From Acidobacteriota bacterium (GTDB lineage: Bacteria; Acidobacteriota; UBA6911; JACQSX01), in assembly GCA_036507075.1 (NCBI GenBank), contig DASXQR010000152.1, positions 91,189 through 155,188 on the forward strand: 64,000 bases of DNA. The letters are read 5' to 3'. The notes beneath the pieces are model-generated. The model worked only from the letters and a program-made list of their open reading frames with translations, searched no databases and had not been told where the DNA came from. This document shows positions 20,889-31,442 of the stretch, one piece after another; position 1 is the stretch's first letter, and each line of letters begins with the position of its first letter. Position numbers and translations under genes: made by a program.

Positions 20889-21848
20889 ATGAAAGCGAAG
20901 CTATTCAAAATCAGCGGGGTGTTGGGAAGAGCCCTAGTCGGAATCATTCTTGGCCTGCTGGGCGCTGGGACGATCACTGCGCAACAAACCGTCCCGGCCG
21001 CGGGCTCCCTTGCCCAACCTACGAATGCGGCACCTGTTGTCATTCCACGGGCGACGCAGTATGACCTGCCCTCGCGAATCAACGGTCAGACCTATCGGAT
21101 CATGGTCTCTCTGCCGTTCATGTTCGATCCTGCTGCGGCTTATCCGGTGCTGTACGTGCTCGACGCCAACACTATCTTTGGCATCGTGACGGACGTCGCA
21201 CATTTCCAGTCGTTCGCGAAAGTCACCGCGCCAGCGATCGTCGTTGGCATAGGATACCCGACCGACGACCTTAACGAATGGGTACGCCGGAGGGCTTTGG
21301 ATATGACCCCGACTCCCTCTCCGAAGCCGGACAAAGCAGGCAAGAATGGAGGAGGCGACGCTTTCTTGCGCGTGATCGACGAAGAAGTCAAGCCATTCCT
21401 GGCGACGCGATACAAGATAGACCGCTCCAAACAGATCATCTTCGGGTTTTCGTTGGGTGGGTTGATCGCGCTTCGCAACCTGTTTCGCAATCCAACAGCT
21501 TTTGCGACTTATATCCTGGCCAGCCCATCGATCTGGTGGGACAACAAGACAGTCCTCGCAGACGAGGAGGCGTTTTCGAAACGAGCCCGCTCAGGTGACT
21601 TGCTGTTGACCGTAATCCTGACTTCAGCCCGCGACGAACAATACCACGATAATGATCCGAAGCTTCTCGCAGAGGCACAGAGCGGCTCTCGCATGGTAGA
21701 CAACGCCTCCGAAATCGCCGCTCGATTAACAGCGTTGAATCCGGAGAAGATCAAGGTCTTTCGAGTAATCTTTGACGGCGAAATTCACAATACGGTCACC
21801 GCAGCAGCGGTCAGCCGGGGCCTTCGTCTCGCGCTGCCGCCAAAATAG
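20889..21848 (+). CDS. Exported alpha/beta hydrolase (IroE/BesA-like esterase)
   Basis: Signal peptide, YPVLYVLDA, GFSLGG, SPSIWW, GEIH. Confidence 0.85.
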   Translation: MKAKLFKISGVLGRALVGIILGLLGAGTITAQQTVPAAGSLAQPTNAAPVVIPRATQYDLPSRINGQTYRIMVSLPFMFDPAAAYPVLYVLDANTIFGIVTDVAHFQSFAKVTAPAIVVGIGYPTDDLNEWVRRRALDMTPTPSPKPDKAGKNGGGDAFLRVIDEEVKPFLATRYKIDRSKQIIFGFSLGGLIALRNLFRNPTAFATYILASPSIWWDNKTVLADEEAFSKRARSGDLLLTVILTSARDEQYHDNDPKLLAEAQSGSRMVDNASEIAARLTALNPEKIKVFRVIFDGEIHNTVTAAAVSRGLRLALPPK

Positions 21849-22324
21849 ATCCGCACTGCGCCGATTTTCCGAGGACTTTGCGGACTTGGATTCACAAGGC
21901 GCCGCCGAACGAATTAAGGATTCTTGTCGCGCGCGGTTCTGCAGTGTGTGGCACAGTTCCGAGTGGTGAGCCGCGACATAATCCTGGGTTGAACTAAATC
22001 CTCAGTGAGTTATTTGGAAATTCAAATGGCTTTTGGAGCTCGGCTGTGCGGCATCGGCTGGTGTATTCCAGGTTGGGCACCTTTCACTGCCGCAAGCGAG
22101 TGCAATTTCCTCGCATCGTCTTCCATTTGCGCCACGCGCGGTGATTGGAAACAAGATTATGGAAGCAACGCTACTGAAAGTCCTCGACCAACATTCGCTC
22201 GTTGCCCGGGTATGTGGGATTGCACCTGTGAAGCCGGAGCCCCGAGCCTTATAAACATGGAGGGAAGCAAAGTTTTCAGAGCGCTAACCTGTCGTCAGTT
22301 TGGCGCATGAGACCGGAATTGGCC

Positions 22325-25300
22325 TCATCGGAAATTCTCCACCAGCATGATGTCCGACCCTTCGTTGCTTAGCTGCGCTGTTAAGAGTGACTTTCCATCC
22401 GGCGAAACACTCAGCCCTGGAAAATAAATAGAGGGGCGTCGCTGCAGGTCTGTAACATGACGGATGCGCTTCGTCGAAAACTCAAAGAAGGAGAGTGAGT
22501 TGCTCCTGTTTGTGGCAATTTGGGAAGATACAATGACGAAGTAAATGCCGGTCCTTGTGATTGTCCAATTGCCGTTACACTCCGGATCAAGATCAAACAC
22601 CAGGATTTCCTGGCCGCCTCCCAAGGGCATTTTCCAGAGGCCGCGCTTTCGAAGTTTGGTGAAATAAAGATTATTATCCGGCCCTTCGATTGCGATTGTT
22701 CCGCCTCCTTCTGTAATTTGCATAGCCGGTCCGCCGCGGATCGGCATTTTCCAGATCTGATAGTCACCCGTTCGATTAGACGTAAAATAAATGTGTTTGC
22801 CATCTCGACCCCAGCTGGGAAATGCTTCGATAGATGAATCCCGAGTCAGGCGCCGGGGTTCCCTTCCTGCAACGCTGACGATGTAAATGTCTCGATTGCC
22901 TTCAGCCTCGGCGGCGTAAGCTACGGACAGATTGTCCGGTGACCACTGGGGATGGAACCCGACTTGGGTCAACTGGATCGGGTGCGAACCGTCCGCATTA
23001 CAAATCCAAATGGCATGATGTCCCGACCGATTCGATGAAAAAACAATCTGCATTCCATCGGACGTATACGAAGGACCGACATCATCCAAGGTGGAGGCAA
23101 TCAGAGGCGCGTCATCCCTGCTCCTTCCGCCGGTGAGACGTATTCGCCAGATATCGCTTGTATCAGCGATGAGCGTGTAAGCAAGGCGGCGACCGGCGCG
23201 CGAAATAGTGGGCCGTTGCGCCGCTTCCCCAATTAAGAAAGGCTTAGCCGATCCACCTGAAGCGGGAACGGACCAGAGACGCAAAAATTCACTCCTAACC
23301 GCTGCGCTGCTGTGGGAACGATTTGACGAGAACACGATTTCTTTACCGTCAGAACTCCAGGCGCAGCCCTCAATGTTGCTGTTGTCAAATGTGATTTGTC
23401 TCGAGTGGCCTGCAGCCACCGGCACAACAAAGAGATTCGCCTTTCCGCCTGAGGATCTACGCACGAATGCCAGCGTCTTTCCGTCTGGAGATGGAGCGGG
23501 GAATATGTCGTAGTCAAGAGGGTCGTCCGGTGCCGTTAATCGTCTTTTCTCGAGCGTATCCAGCGACAGTTGGTACAGAGAATACGGACCGGGCTCCTTT
23601 TCTCTGTCTACATAAATCAAAGAATTGTCGCCAGGAGACCATGCCAGACCCGCATTAAGCCAAGGCTCGTTGTGCCAATTCAAAGCCTGAATCTTGCGCT
23701 CTGGTCCGCCGCCAATATCGAGCATTACAATCCCGGTCCAGTTCCTGTCCCAGCGAATGAAGGCAAGCCGCCTTCCGTCGGGTGACCAAACCGGGCAGCG
23801 ATCGTTCGCCGAGTCGCCGGTTAGCCGCTGCCGTTGTCCGGTCTCGATGTTTTTTACGTAGACATCGAAATTATGCTCTTGTTCGCCATTCCAGGCGAAC
23901 GCCAATTGTTTTCCGTCTGGGGAAAGGGAAGGTTCGACTTCAGAGCCGGGGTAGGTGGTAAAAGGAACCGCGTTCAGCGCCGGCAGGGTAGACAGATTGA
24001 GGCCGTCCGGCGTTCGCCGTTCTGAGTATTTCCAAAGCGCCGACACCAAAACGAAACATAGGGCGATAGATGCATAGATCCAACGTTGAGATTTTGTGGA
24101 GCGCAGCCAGAGACGCTTCTTACCTCCGCTGCGGCTGTGGTCGAGATCCTTGACCAGCCGGTAACCTCTTGCTGATCGAGCAATGGCTTTCAACTCCGTC
24201 TTGACATCAACCGCCCATGCCCAACGCTCGTTTGGCTTCAGACCGCGCTGAACGCGCAGCAGATCCGGTTTTAAATCTGATGCGGTTTGGTAACGAAGGC
24301 GGGGGTTCTTTTGGAGCAACTTCTCGATTATGCGCGAAAGGCCGCCGGGCAGTTTGGAGTTGAGTTTCGAAGGGGGAACCGGAATCTTCTGTTCGTTCAA
24401 GATCTCTTCGAAGATTACGGCCGAAGTCGGTCCGGCGAAGGGCAGCCGCCCTGTCGCCATTTCGTACAGAACAACACCGAGAGAAAAGAGATCCGAACGC
24501 GCGTCGACTTCTTTGCCTCGCGCCTGTTCGGGTGACATGTATGCCACCGTCCCGAGAGCTATTCCAGGGCTTGACAGTGATTCCGCGCTTTCGGCGGATC
24601 GACTCTGCTCCCACGCTTTTTTCTTATCGCCGACCAGTTTGGCTAAACCGAAATCGAGCACCTTCGCCGATCCGCGCGCTGTAATAAAGATATTGGTCGG
24701 CTTGATGTCCCGATGGACGATGCCTCGCGCGTGGGCGGCTTCTAGTGCGTCTGTGATTTCGAGTGCATAGCGGAGAACCTCAGGGGACCGCATTGCATCG
24801 GCCCGAATATAGTGCCTGAGCGTCTGCCCTTCCAGCAGCTCCAATACCATAAATGAGCGACCCTCGAATTCCTCTACGTCATGAATGGTGCAGATATGAG
24901 GATGATTGAGGGCGGAGGCGGCGCGCGCTTCGCGGTGGAAACGCTCCAGGACCTTTGCCTCCTTGCACGAGAGGTCTAAGGAAAGAAATTTGAGCGCCAC
25001 GAAGCGGTTCAGGCGAGTGTCTTCGGCTTTATAAACGATCCCCATGCCGCCCCCTCCCACTCGCTCCAATACACGATAGTGGGAGAATTGTTTCCCCAGC
25101 ATCGGGTCGGACTCAGATTCGGTCCGGAGGTTCGCGGCAAGAACATGGAGCGCTTCCGATTCGATGAAACCGAATGCTTCCGATCGATGCACTAACAGTG
25201 ATTCCACTTGTCGGCGGAGCTCGGAATCACCTGCACATGCTTCGGTGAGTAATCCGTCGCGCTGCGCGCCATCAACGTCGGCAGCCGCCTGGTAAATCTC

Positions 25301-25330
25301 TTCGATCCTTTTCCACTGTTCAGCTTTCAT
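22325..25330 (-). CDS. Membrane Ser/Thr protein kinase with an extracytoplasmic PD40 propeller
   Basis: [35 protein letters not shown] helix, many SPDG repeats. Confidence 0.93.
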   Translation of the reverse strand: MKAEQWKRIEEIYQAAADVDGAQRDGLLTEACAGDSELRRQVESLLVHRSEAFGFIESEALHVLAANLRTESESDPMLGKQFSHYRVLERVGGGGMGIVYKAEDTRLNRFVALKFLSLDLSCKEAKVLERFHREARAASALNHPHICTIHDVEEFEGRSFMVLELLEGQTLRHYIRADAMRSPEVLRYALEITDALEAAHARGIVHRDIKPTNIFITARGSAKVLDFGLAKLVGDKKKAWEQSRSAESAESLSSPGIALGTVAYMSPEQARGKEVDARSDLFSLGVVLYEMATGRLPFAGPTSAVIFEEILNEQKIPVPPSKLNSKLPGGLSRIIEKLLQKNPRLRYQTASDLKPDLLRVQRGLKPNERWAWAVDVKTELKAIARSARGYRLVKDLDHSRSGGKKRLWLRSTKSQRWIYASIALCFVLVSALWKYSERRTPDGLNLSTLPALNAVPFTTYPGSEVEPSLSPDGKQLAFAWNGEQEHNFDVYVKNIETGQRQRLTGDSANDRCPVWSPDGRRLAFIRWDRNWTGIVMLDIGGGPERKIQALNWHNEPWLNAGLAWSPGDNSLIYVDREKEPGPYSLYQLSLDTLEKRRLTAPDDPLDYDIFPAPSPDGKTLAFVRRSSGGKANLFVVPVAAGHSRQITFDNSNIEGCAWSSDGKEIVFSSNRSHSSAAVRSEFLRLWSVPASGGSAKPFLIGEAAQRPTISRAGRRLAYTLIADTSDIWRIRLTGGRSRDDAPLIASTLDDVGPSYTSDGMQIVFSSNRSGHHAIWICNADGSHPIQLTQVGFHPQWSPDNLSVAYAAEAEGNRDIYIVSVAGREPRRLTRDSSIEAFPSWGRDGKHIYFTSNRTGDYQIWKMPIRGGPAMQITEGGGTIAIEGPDNNLYFTKLRKRGLWKMPLGGGQEILVFDLDPECNGNWTITRTGIYFVIVSSQIATNRSNSLSFFEFSTKRIRHVTDLQRRPSIYFPGLSVSPDGKSLLTAQLSNEGSDIMLVENFR

Positions 25331-25361
25331 GGAGTCGATTCGAACATTCCATTCAAATAAC

Positions 25362-25414
25362 TCACCGGCAATATTCAATCAGCATGATTCCGAGCTCTCG
25401 TTGCTTAGTTGCGC
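25362..25414 (-). pseudogene. Degenerate 3' tail of a paralogous kinase gene
   Basis: [16 protein letters not shown] with a 1-nt deletion, versus [17 protein letters not shown] at 22325-22378. Confidence 0.7.
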
Positions 25415-25659
25415 ATGACCTGCTGATGAATCTTTTCAATCAGCGCCAAGGCTCAGGGTTCACCGACATCCCGGGTTATTGATGAGAAAAGAAGCCTAGA
25501 CTTAACCGTATTATACGGGAGGTGGTCGCTAAGTCGTAACCCGGATAATTCATGAGTCTTTTTACTGCGGTAGCGGATCCGGGCATTCCGCTGGACGAGA
25601 CTTCTCGACGTGTTGTCCCTGCGGGACTATGCGTCGTGGGCCTTGTATCTATATCCGTC

Positions 25660-26319
25660 TTAGCTAATCGGATCGGGCGGGGATATGTGCGGCGGCGAAG
25701 TTGACTTGCTCAGATGCCGCAACAACCAGACTTTTGACATATTCCAGTCGCGCATCACGGTTTCAGTTGAAATGTCCAGCACCGCGGCGGTTTCTTTGAC
25801 GCTCAAGCCTCCGAAGAAGCGCATTTCCACGACTTTGCTTTTGCGCGCATCGAGCGTCGCAAGTTCCTCAAGAGCATCGTTAATCGCTATCAGATCGGTC
25901 TTTTTGGTTGGTGTGACGGCCAAGGCTCCGGTGATGGAAACCCTCTGCAAGTCCCCGCCGCGCTTTTGATATCTGCGCGATCGCGCAAAGTCGACCAGGA
26001 TTCTCCGCATCAACTGCGCTGAGACGGCAAGAAAATGCGCGCGGTTCTGCCAACGCACTTTACTGCTTCCCAACAGCCTCAGATAAGCCTCGTTTACCAG
26101 CGCGGTCGCCTGAAGCGTATGGCCCTGGCGCTCGCCGCGCATGTACCGTTCGGCGATCCTGTGCAATTCCCGGTACAAGAGGGGAACAAGTTCCTCGAAA
26201 GCGCCCTGGTCGCCCTGGCGCCAGGCGTGCAGTAATTGTGTGACTTCGCGCCGGCCTTCGCCGGCAGGATTCAGCCGGTCGTCTGTCGTAATCCCCTCCA
26301 GGAGCCGGCCAAAGAACAA
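25660..26319 (-). CDS. ECF sigma factor, TIGR02999/ECF43-like (start uncertain)
   Basis: VTQLLHAWRQGD, HTLQATALVNEAYLRL, WQNRAHF, VEMRFFGGLS. Confidence 0.92.
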   Translation of the reverse strand: MFFGRLLEGITTDDRLNPAGEGRREVTQLLHAWRQGDQGAFEELVPLLYRELHRIAERYMRGERQGHTLQATALVNEAYLRLLGSSKVRWQNRAHFLAVSAQLMRRILVDFARSRRYQKRGGDLQRVSITGALAVTPTKKTDLIAINDALEELATLDARKSKVVEMRFFGGLSVKETAAVLDISTETVMRDWNMSKVWLLRHLSKSTSPPHISPPDPIS

Positions 26320-26565
26320 CGATCATCCAGGTCGCGGCCAAATAACCGAAATTACCTCCCATTATAGCCGCTTAAACGCTGATTGCAGGCTGTAAACCAG
26401 CGGCGGACCGTGTGTTCCAAGAACCCACGGACCGTTGCTGACGCTCCGGCTCTGCTCCTAGTTTCATTGGCATGACAGTTTTTATCGTCCTTTCCCGCCT
26501 TCCCCACCAACAGCCACTTCACACCGGCCCGATTGGCCGGTCCGGTTGGCGGCGGGGAGGGAAAA

Positions 26566-27405
26566 ATGAAAGTCCAATTTTGGATAACACTGACACTGCT
26601 GGTACTGACAGGCAATGCAGCTCAGGCTGCAGATTCGGGCGAGATCGGTTTTAAGCTGTATAGAGGCTACATCATCGTGGTGCGCGGCTCGATTGCCGGC
26701 ATGACCAATCTGAATTTTCTCGTCGACACGGGAGCCATGCCGAGCGTGATCGATGAAAGTATCGCCGACAGGCTGAAGCTTGACGGCACCAAGCTGCGAT
26801 TGTCGGTTTTTACGGCTGATGTGCAAACCAGACAAGTGGTGTTGCCTGATTTGACTATCGGCCCAGTTCAAGTCAACTCACTCCCGGTTGTCACCCGGGA
26901 TCTATCGCAATTCGAAGCCGGCATTGGAACCCGGATCGATGCCATGGTCGGGAGCGACGTTTTGCAAAAGGCTGGTTTCAGCATCGATTATGAATCGAAG
27001 AAGATCAGGTTCCTTCCAGATAATGCGCCGCCATTTCGATGCTCCCGGGGAACCAGGTTGGGGTTCATCGTGACAGCACAGATAAACAACCGAGCGGTTC
27101 GACTGCTGGTCGATACGGGCGCCAAAGACCTGATTCTGTTTCGCAGACGGATTGAGAAAGTAATCGAAGCGATCAAGGTCAACGGGAGCAAGATCTCCAG
27201 CAACATGGCGGGAGAATCGCAACTCTCGCGACTCGATCTGAAGGAAATAACGGTTGCGGGACGAACCTATCGCGTGGAAACGGCACTGGTCCTGGATACA
27301 CCCGAGGACACGCTTCCTGATTTCGATGGCCTTCTGGGATTGTCTACATTAAAGATCAAACGCGTTGACTTTGCGGTCAGCGGCCAAATGACCGCGATGC
27401 AGTGA
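26566..27405 (+). CDS. Exported two-domain retropepsin-like aspartyl protease
   Basis: Signal peptide; FLVDTGA and LLVDTGA; DAMVG and DGLLG motifs. Confidence 0.88.
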   Translation: MKVQFWITLTLLVLTGNAAQAADSGEIGFKLYRGYIIVVRGSIAGMTNLNFLVDTGAMPSVIDESIADRLKLDGTKLRLSVFTADVQTRQVVLPDLTIGPVQVNSLPVVTRDLSQFEAGIGTRIDAMVGSDVLQKAGFSIDYESKKIRFLPDNAPPFRCSRGTRLGFIVTAQINNRAVRLLVDTGAKDLILFRRRIEKVIEAIKVNGSKISSNMAGESQLSRLDLKEITVAGRTYRVETALVLDTPEDTLPDFDGLLGLSTLKIKRVDFAVSGQMTAMQ

Positions 27406-27455
27406 TTACCAATAACAGGCAGCCCGCACCCACGAGGGCGGCCGGCTATTCCCCA

Positions 27456-27700
27456 TCAACGACGGGCGAGGGAGAGCCGGAAGGCGGCCATTTCCTCGCC
27501 GTTGCGAACCAGCAGGACGTCGCGGATCAACACCGGATGGTTCCAGGTCTTGCCCTCGAGCGCCTTGAACCGGGCGACCTCCGTGAACTGGTCGGGGGTT
27601 GCCCGGACCAGCGCCAGCTCGCCCTCCTCCGACAGCACCAGCAGCAAGTCTTAATCGGGCAGTAGAACAAGCTGGCCGTTGCCGTAGCGTCCGTCCTTCT
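27456..27700 (-). pseudogene. 3' remnant of a PQQ-like beta-propeller protein
   Basis: [28 protein letters not shown]...GKTWNHPVL; in-frame TAA, no 5' part. Confidence 0.75.
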
Positions 27701-27990
27701 CACCTGGCTTGGGGCGACAACCGGGACGTACCTTCAAACAAGTGCGTTTTGGAACCAGCTCTGTTCGGGCCCGATTTTAACGGAGCAAGGAATGCGAACG
27801 TGTATGTCGATCGCCTGATCGTCGCACCGTAAGAATACGGAAAGCCGTCGTTCAGGCGACCGCCTTCCAAGACGAGGCGCACCAACTAGCGGGTTGCCGC
27901 TGGCGCAGTTCAAGGGATGCGGAAGCGGTCCGTGTGCGGAAATGCGGCTGCTCACTATGGAGCTCAGAAGCCGTGAAAAAATCGAAAACT

Positions 27991-28068
27991 GCCACAAAGA
28001 CACAAAGTCGCAAAGAATGAAATCAAAGACTTATCAAATGTCCTCTGTGCCTCTGTGGCTCTGTGGCC
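27991..28068. repeat. CACAAAG-type inverted repeat inside the island
   Basis: Arms read directly. Confidence 0.65.
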
Positions 28069-28099
28069 AATTTTTTCACGGGTTCTACCTGGGGCCGCG

Positions 28100-28436
28100 T
28101 CATGGGACCAGTCGCTTCAACTCCTCCGCCCAGTGCTGCACCATCACGATGTGCCGGGGAGGGGCGGTTCACTCCTTGATCATCAGAAACCGCCGGCCGT
28201 CGGAGGTGACATCGAACTGGCGACCCCAGATCCCCCGTGCGAAGGAGGTAGGGGCCGTTGAAGAGCTTCGCCGGCGCAGCGGGGGTCCAACGGATTCCTT
28301 GCGCGGCGACCGGAACTGCCATCATCGCGCCGTCGGCTGCCGCGTAGAACAGCTCATCACCCTTCGGATTCCAGAGTGGGTGCGTGCCGCCGGCAGTCGA
28401 CACCTGCCACACGCCATCACCGACGTTGGGAAATTC
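28100..28436 (-). pseudogene. 3' remnant of a PD40-type Ser/Thr kinase sensor domain
   Basis: WQVSTAGGTHPLWNPKGDELFY...DVTSDGRRFLMIK...HWAEELKRLVP* across frameshifts. Confidence 0.75.
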
Positions 28437-28585
28437 TCCTTTTCCATGGCGCCTCAGAGGCGTCCAGTTTTCGTCCAGTGACCTTTGGGTTTTATTGGTT
28501 GGGAATGAAATGCGCGGTTCGGCGAGAACCCGCCCCCTTCCCTCGAAATGGTGGGTAATGGTTGGTGGTTTAAAAGTTCTGGTTA

Positions 28586-28643
28586 GACTCAAAATCCGGC
28601 GGGGTTTACCCCCCGTGGGGGTTCGACTCCCCCCTTCGGCATT
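28586..28643 (+). repeat. attR: 3' half of tRNA-Leu starting at the anticodon arm
   Basis: GACTCAAAATCCGGCGGGGTTTACCCCCCGTGGGGGTTCGACTCCCCCCTTCGGCATT; two differences from the tRNA. Confidence 0.92.
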
Positions 28644-28806
28644 TCAAGGCGACAACTTAGAGTGTCTGTCTGGTTCATCACTTCGGTTTTTGCCTCCACT
28701 TGTGCCGGAAACGTGACGCGAAAGAGTCATTGCATGAATCGCTCGAATACTGCTTTTCCAACTGGCATAATCGGACCGGCATAATCGGAGAGTGGACCTC
28801 TAGCTT

Positions 28807-30114
28807 ATGAAGAGATGGGTGTTTGTTGTGACGCTCGCCTTTGTGGGCGCCTCTGCTCTTCTCATTTGGCGCCATCAAAGAGTTGCCGCCACACTGCCAA
28901 AGCACGAACCGGTGGTCACGATCGAGAAAACCGGCGATGCGTTTGATTGGCTGACCGCGGCGGGTCCTGTAGATACCAAACTTCAGGAAGATTCTTGGGC
29001 CTGGCAGCAGGAGGCGGGCCGCACCCGCCGTCGTAGGTTTTACGCACAAGATGAGTGCCAGGCGTGGGTTTTCGGCGAAAGCATGAACCCGCCTGCGGCC
29101 CTGACTGGAATTCTTTCCGATTATGAAGCCGACCTGGACGATCTTCGTCGATTCCTCAAACAGGGTTCGCTGCGAATCGGCGCCGCAGGGTGGGCCGCCG
29201 CGGACAAGGCGGCCGGCAAGCCGCCGACGGCCGTTCGCGTCTCCAATACGCTTATCATCCGAACGGCGGCGCAGGGACTTGCGTGTTCAGCACTGTTGAG
29301 CCACAACCCTGTTGACGGATTGGACGACCTTGATCGGTTGATGCGAGCTTCGTGGCAGCCGCGGACACAGGTTGATCTTGCAACCTCAGATGCGATTTAC
29401 AACATTCGTGATGACACTTATCTTTCACTTGTGTTGCGCGACCGCCTGCCCGAGACGAAGCTTTCCGCCTGGTCGCAGGAAGAACGTCCCTGCGTTGATT
29501 GGGTCGCTGATTCCGTTCACACCGAACGCCTGACACTCGCGACCATCCATCCGTATTTCCTGGCTGGAGTTTATGTGCGTGTAAGAGGACCGCGCGCGCT
29601 GCTTCCCGCCGCAAAAATAGCGCTTTTTGGCGGAAACGACCTGGAAATCGCGGATCGATATTTGAGTCAGACGGAATCCTGGATACGCAACCGGCAGGGG
29701 TCGATGCCGTCCGCGAAACTGGCCGCCGGCGGGATGCTAAGTGCCTTAGGCAGATTTACCTTGACGAGAGGGGACGAGATGCTTGCCTCATGTCTGCGCG
29801 ACAAAAACAGACATCGTCTCTTTGCCCTGGGTGCAAAGACGGTGCGGCTCGCCCGAAAGTATCGCCGTCTTCCCCGCGATGAATCCGAATTGCTGGCGTG
29901 GCTGCAGGATCGAAATGCGCTGGCGCAGGGTATCGACCTGCCGCAACTTCGCTACGAGAACCTGGACCAAGCCTTCAGACTCTCGGTCGATCCGAATATT
30001 CCGTTACCCGACTACCTTCGACCTTCAGAACCGACTCGCTTCGGCCAACCGGTGCACCAATCCTTCTGGAAACAGATCAGTCCATGGAACCTGGAGCTGC
30101 GGTTCCGGATGTAG
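28807..30114 (+). CDS. Hypothetical N-terminally membrane-anchored helical protein
   Basis: 435-aa ORF with an N-terminal TM; no motif recognised. Confidence 0.6.
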   Translation: MKRWVFVVTLAFVGASALLIWRHQRVAATLPKHEPVVTIEKTGDAFDWLTAAGPVDTKLQEDSWAWQQEAGRTRRRRFYAQDECQAWVFGESMNPPAALTGILSDYEADLDDLRRFLKQGSLRIGAAGWAAADKAAGKPPTAVRVSNTLIIRTAAQGLACSALLSHNPVDGLDDLDRLMRASWQPRTQVDLATSDAIYNIRDDTYLSLVLRDRLPETKLSAWSQEERPCVDWVADSVHTERLTLATIHPYFLAGVYVRVRGPRALLPAAKIALFGGNDLEIADRYLSQTESWIRNRQGSMPSAKLAAGGMLSALGRFTLTRGDEMLASCLRDKNRHRLFALGAKTVRLARKYRRLPRDESELLAWLQDRNALAQGIDLPQLRYENLDQAFRLSVDPNIPLPDYLRPSEPTRFGQPVHQSFWKQISPWNLELRFRM

Positions 30115-30299
30115 CTGTCAAACCAGAACCGTGATCCTATTCGTTTGATTCCGCTTCGGAAATGGCTGTCCGAGGTTTCCCTTTCCGGAAGCCGCGCCAA
30201 AGATTTTTTGAAACCCTGCGCCAAGTTTAGCCTCCAAAAGAATGGACATTTAGTAGAACTGTAAGATCGACATTTAGTGAACTTAAGCAGGAGCTATAC

Positions 30300-31289
30300 A
30301 TGGATTCACAGAGCAACGCCCCCAAAAACTATGAAAAACCGCTGTTTGCGCATTCCTATCCTAAGGAAGCGCCCCGGCGTGGCACCGAACCGGTCGAGGC
30401 CGCGACTGCAAGCCAGCCCGCGCCCGCGAGCCCGGACCCAGCCACGGCCGCGCCGACTCATCATTCCAAGCCGGCCATCTGGCTTCCGATCGCCCTGGGA
30501 GTGATTGTCGCGCTGGTGCTGTTTGCCTTCCACTACACGCGTTCGAGCAAAGAAGAACTACAACGGGAAGTCGCCGCAAAGATCGCCGCAACCGAAGAGC
30601 AGACATCGGCAGCATTGAATCGCCAGTTGCAGGAGTCTGAGAAGCAGAGAGCGGCGCTGCAGAACGAGCTCGAAAGCAACAAGGCACACTTCGGTCAGGA
30701 GTTGAGTCAAACGCGCAACCTGTACGCTTCGGTCCGTAAAGAATCCGAGCTAAGGCAGAAAGAATTGAAGCAGGCGCTCGACACCAAGGCCGAAAACAGC
30801 CAGGTCAGTACCTTGAAATCCGAGCAGGAAACGGTCAAAACCAACGTGGTGGACCTGAACAACCAGGTTTCCAACGTGAAGACCGAGCTGGGTTCGGTCA
30901 AGGACGTGACCTCAAAACACGGCGCTGAGCTCGAGCAGCACTCGCGCGATATCGCAGCCAACCGTGAAAACATCGGAGCTACGAGCCAGGACCTGAAGAC
31001 GTTCAAGTCTTCTTTCGATCGGGAAGTGTTGACGTTCGAGCTTCCCAAGAACGGCTCTTACGTCAAGGTCGGCGAGATTGCGCTGCGTTTGTCCAAGACG
31101 TCGGACAAAAAGTCTCAGTTCACCGTCACCATCCAGGCCGGGTCGAAAGTCCTGACAAAGAAAGATCGGAATCTGAACGAGCCGATTTACTTCTATGTCG
31201 ACGGCTATCAGCGCCCGCTGGAGCTGGTGATTGACCGGGTCGACAAGAGTTTTGTAACCGGTAAGCTGAGCGTCCCTAAAAAGAGCTGA
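30300..31289 (+). CDS. Single-TM coiled-coil protein
   Basis: AGGAG RBS, TM IWLPIALGVIVALVLFAF, long coiled coil, C-terminal beta domain (NEPIYFY). Confidence 0.75.
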   Translation: MDSQSNAPKNYEKPLFAHSYPKEAPRRGTEPVEAATASQPAPASPDPATAAPTHHSKPAIWLPIALGVIVALVLFAFHYTRSSKEELQREVAAKIAATEEQTSAALNRQLQESEKQRAALQNELESNKAHFGQELSQTRNLYASVRKESELRQKELKQALDTKAENSQVSTLKSEQETVKTNVVDLNNQVSNVKTELGSVKDVTSKHGAELEQHSRDIAANRENIGATSQDLKTFKSSFDREVLTFELPKNGSYVKVGEIALRLSKTSDKKSQFTVTIQAGSKVLTKKDRNLNEPIYFYVDGYQRPLELVIDRVDKSFVTGKLSVPKKS

Positions 31290-31442
31290 CACCCCTTCAG
31301 AAACGACTACGGACTGCGGATTTGTCAGTTGTCCGTTGTCCGTAGTTCAGTACGCGAGCTCCGAGTATTTCTTGGAGCCGCGACCATCCAACTCCGCCAC
31401 AACGACATCCCATCTATGGACAATGGATAACTGACAACGGAC

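Larger units (their letters stand above)
19847..28643. mobile_element. Genomic island integrated at tRNA-Leu(CAA), no integrase visible
   Basis: The 3' half of the tRNA is repeated at 28586-28643; cargo includes several gene remnants. Confidence 0.8.

Noticed and set aside
19903..28585. Integrase or prophage genes in the island
   Set aside because: No tyrosine or serine recombinase motifs or phage genes were recognised; very decayed remnants cannot be excluded.
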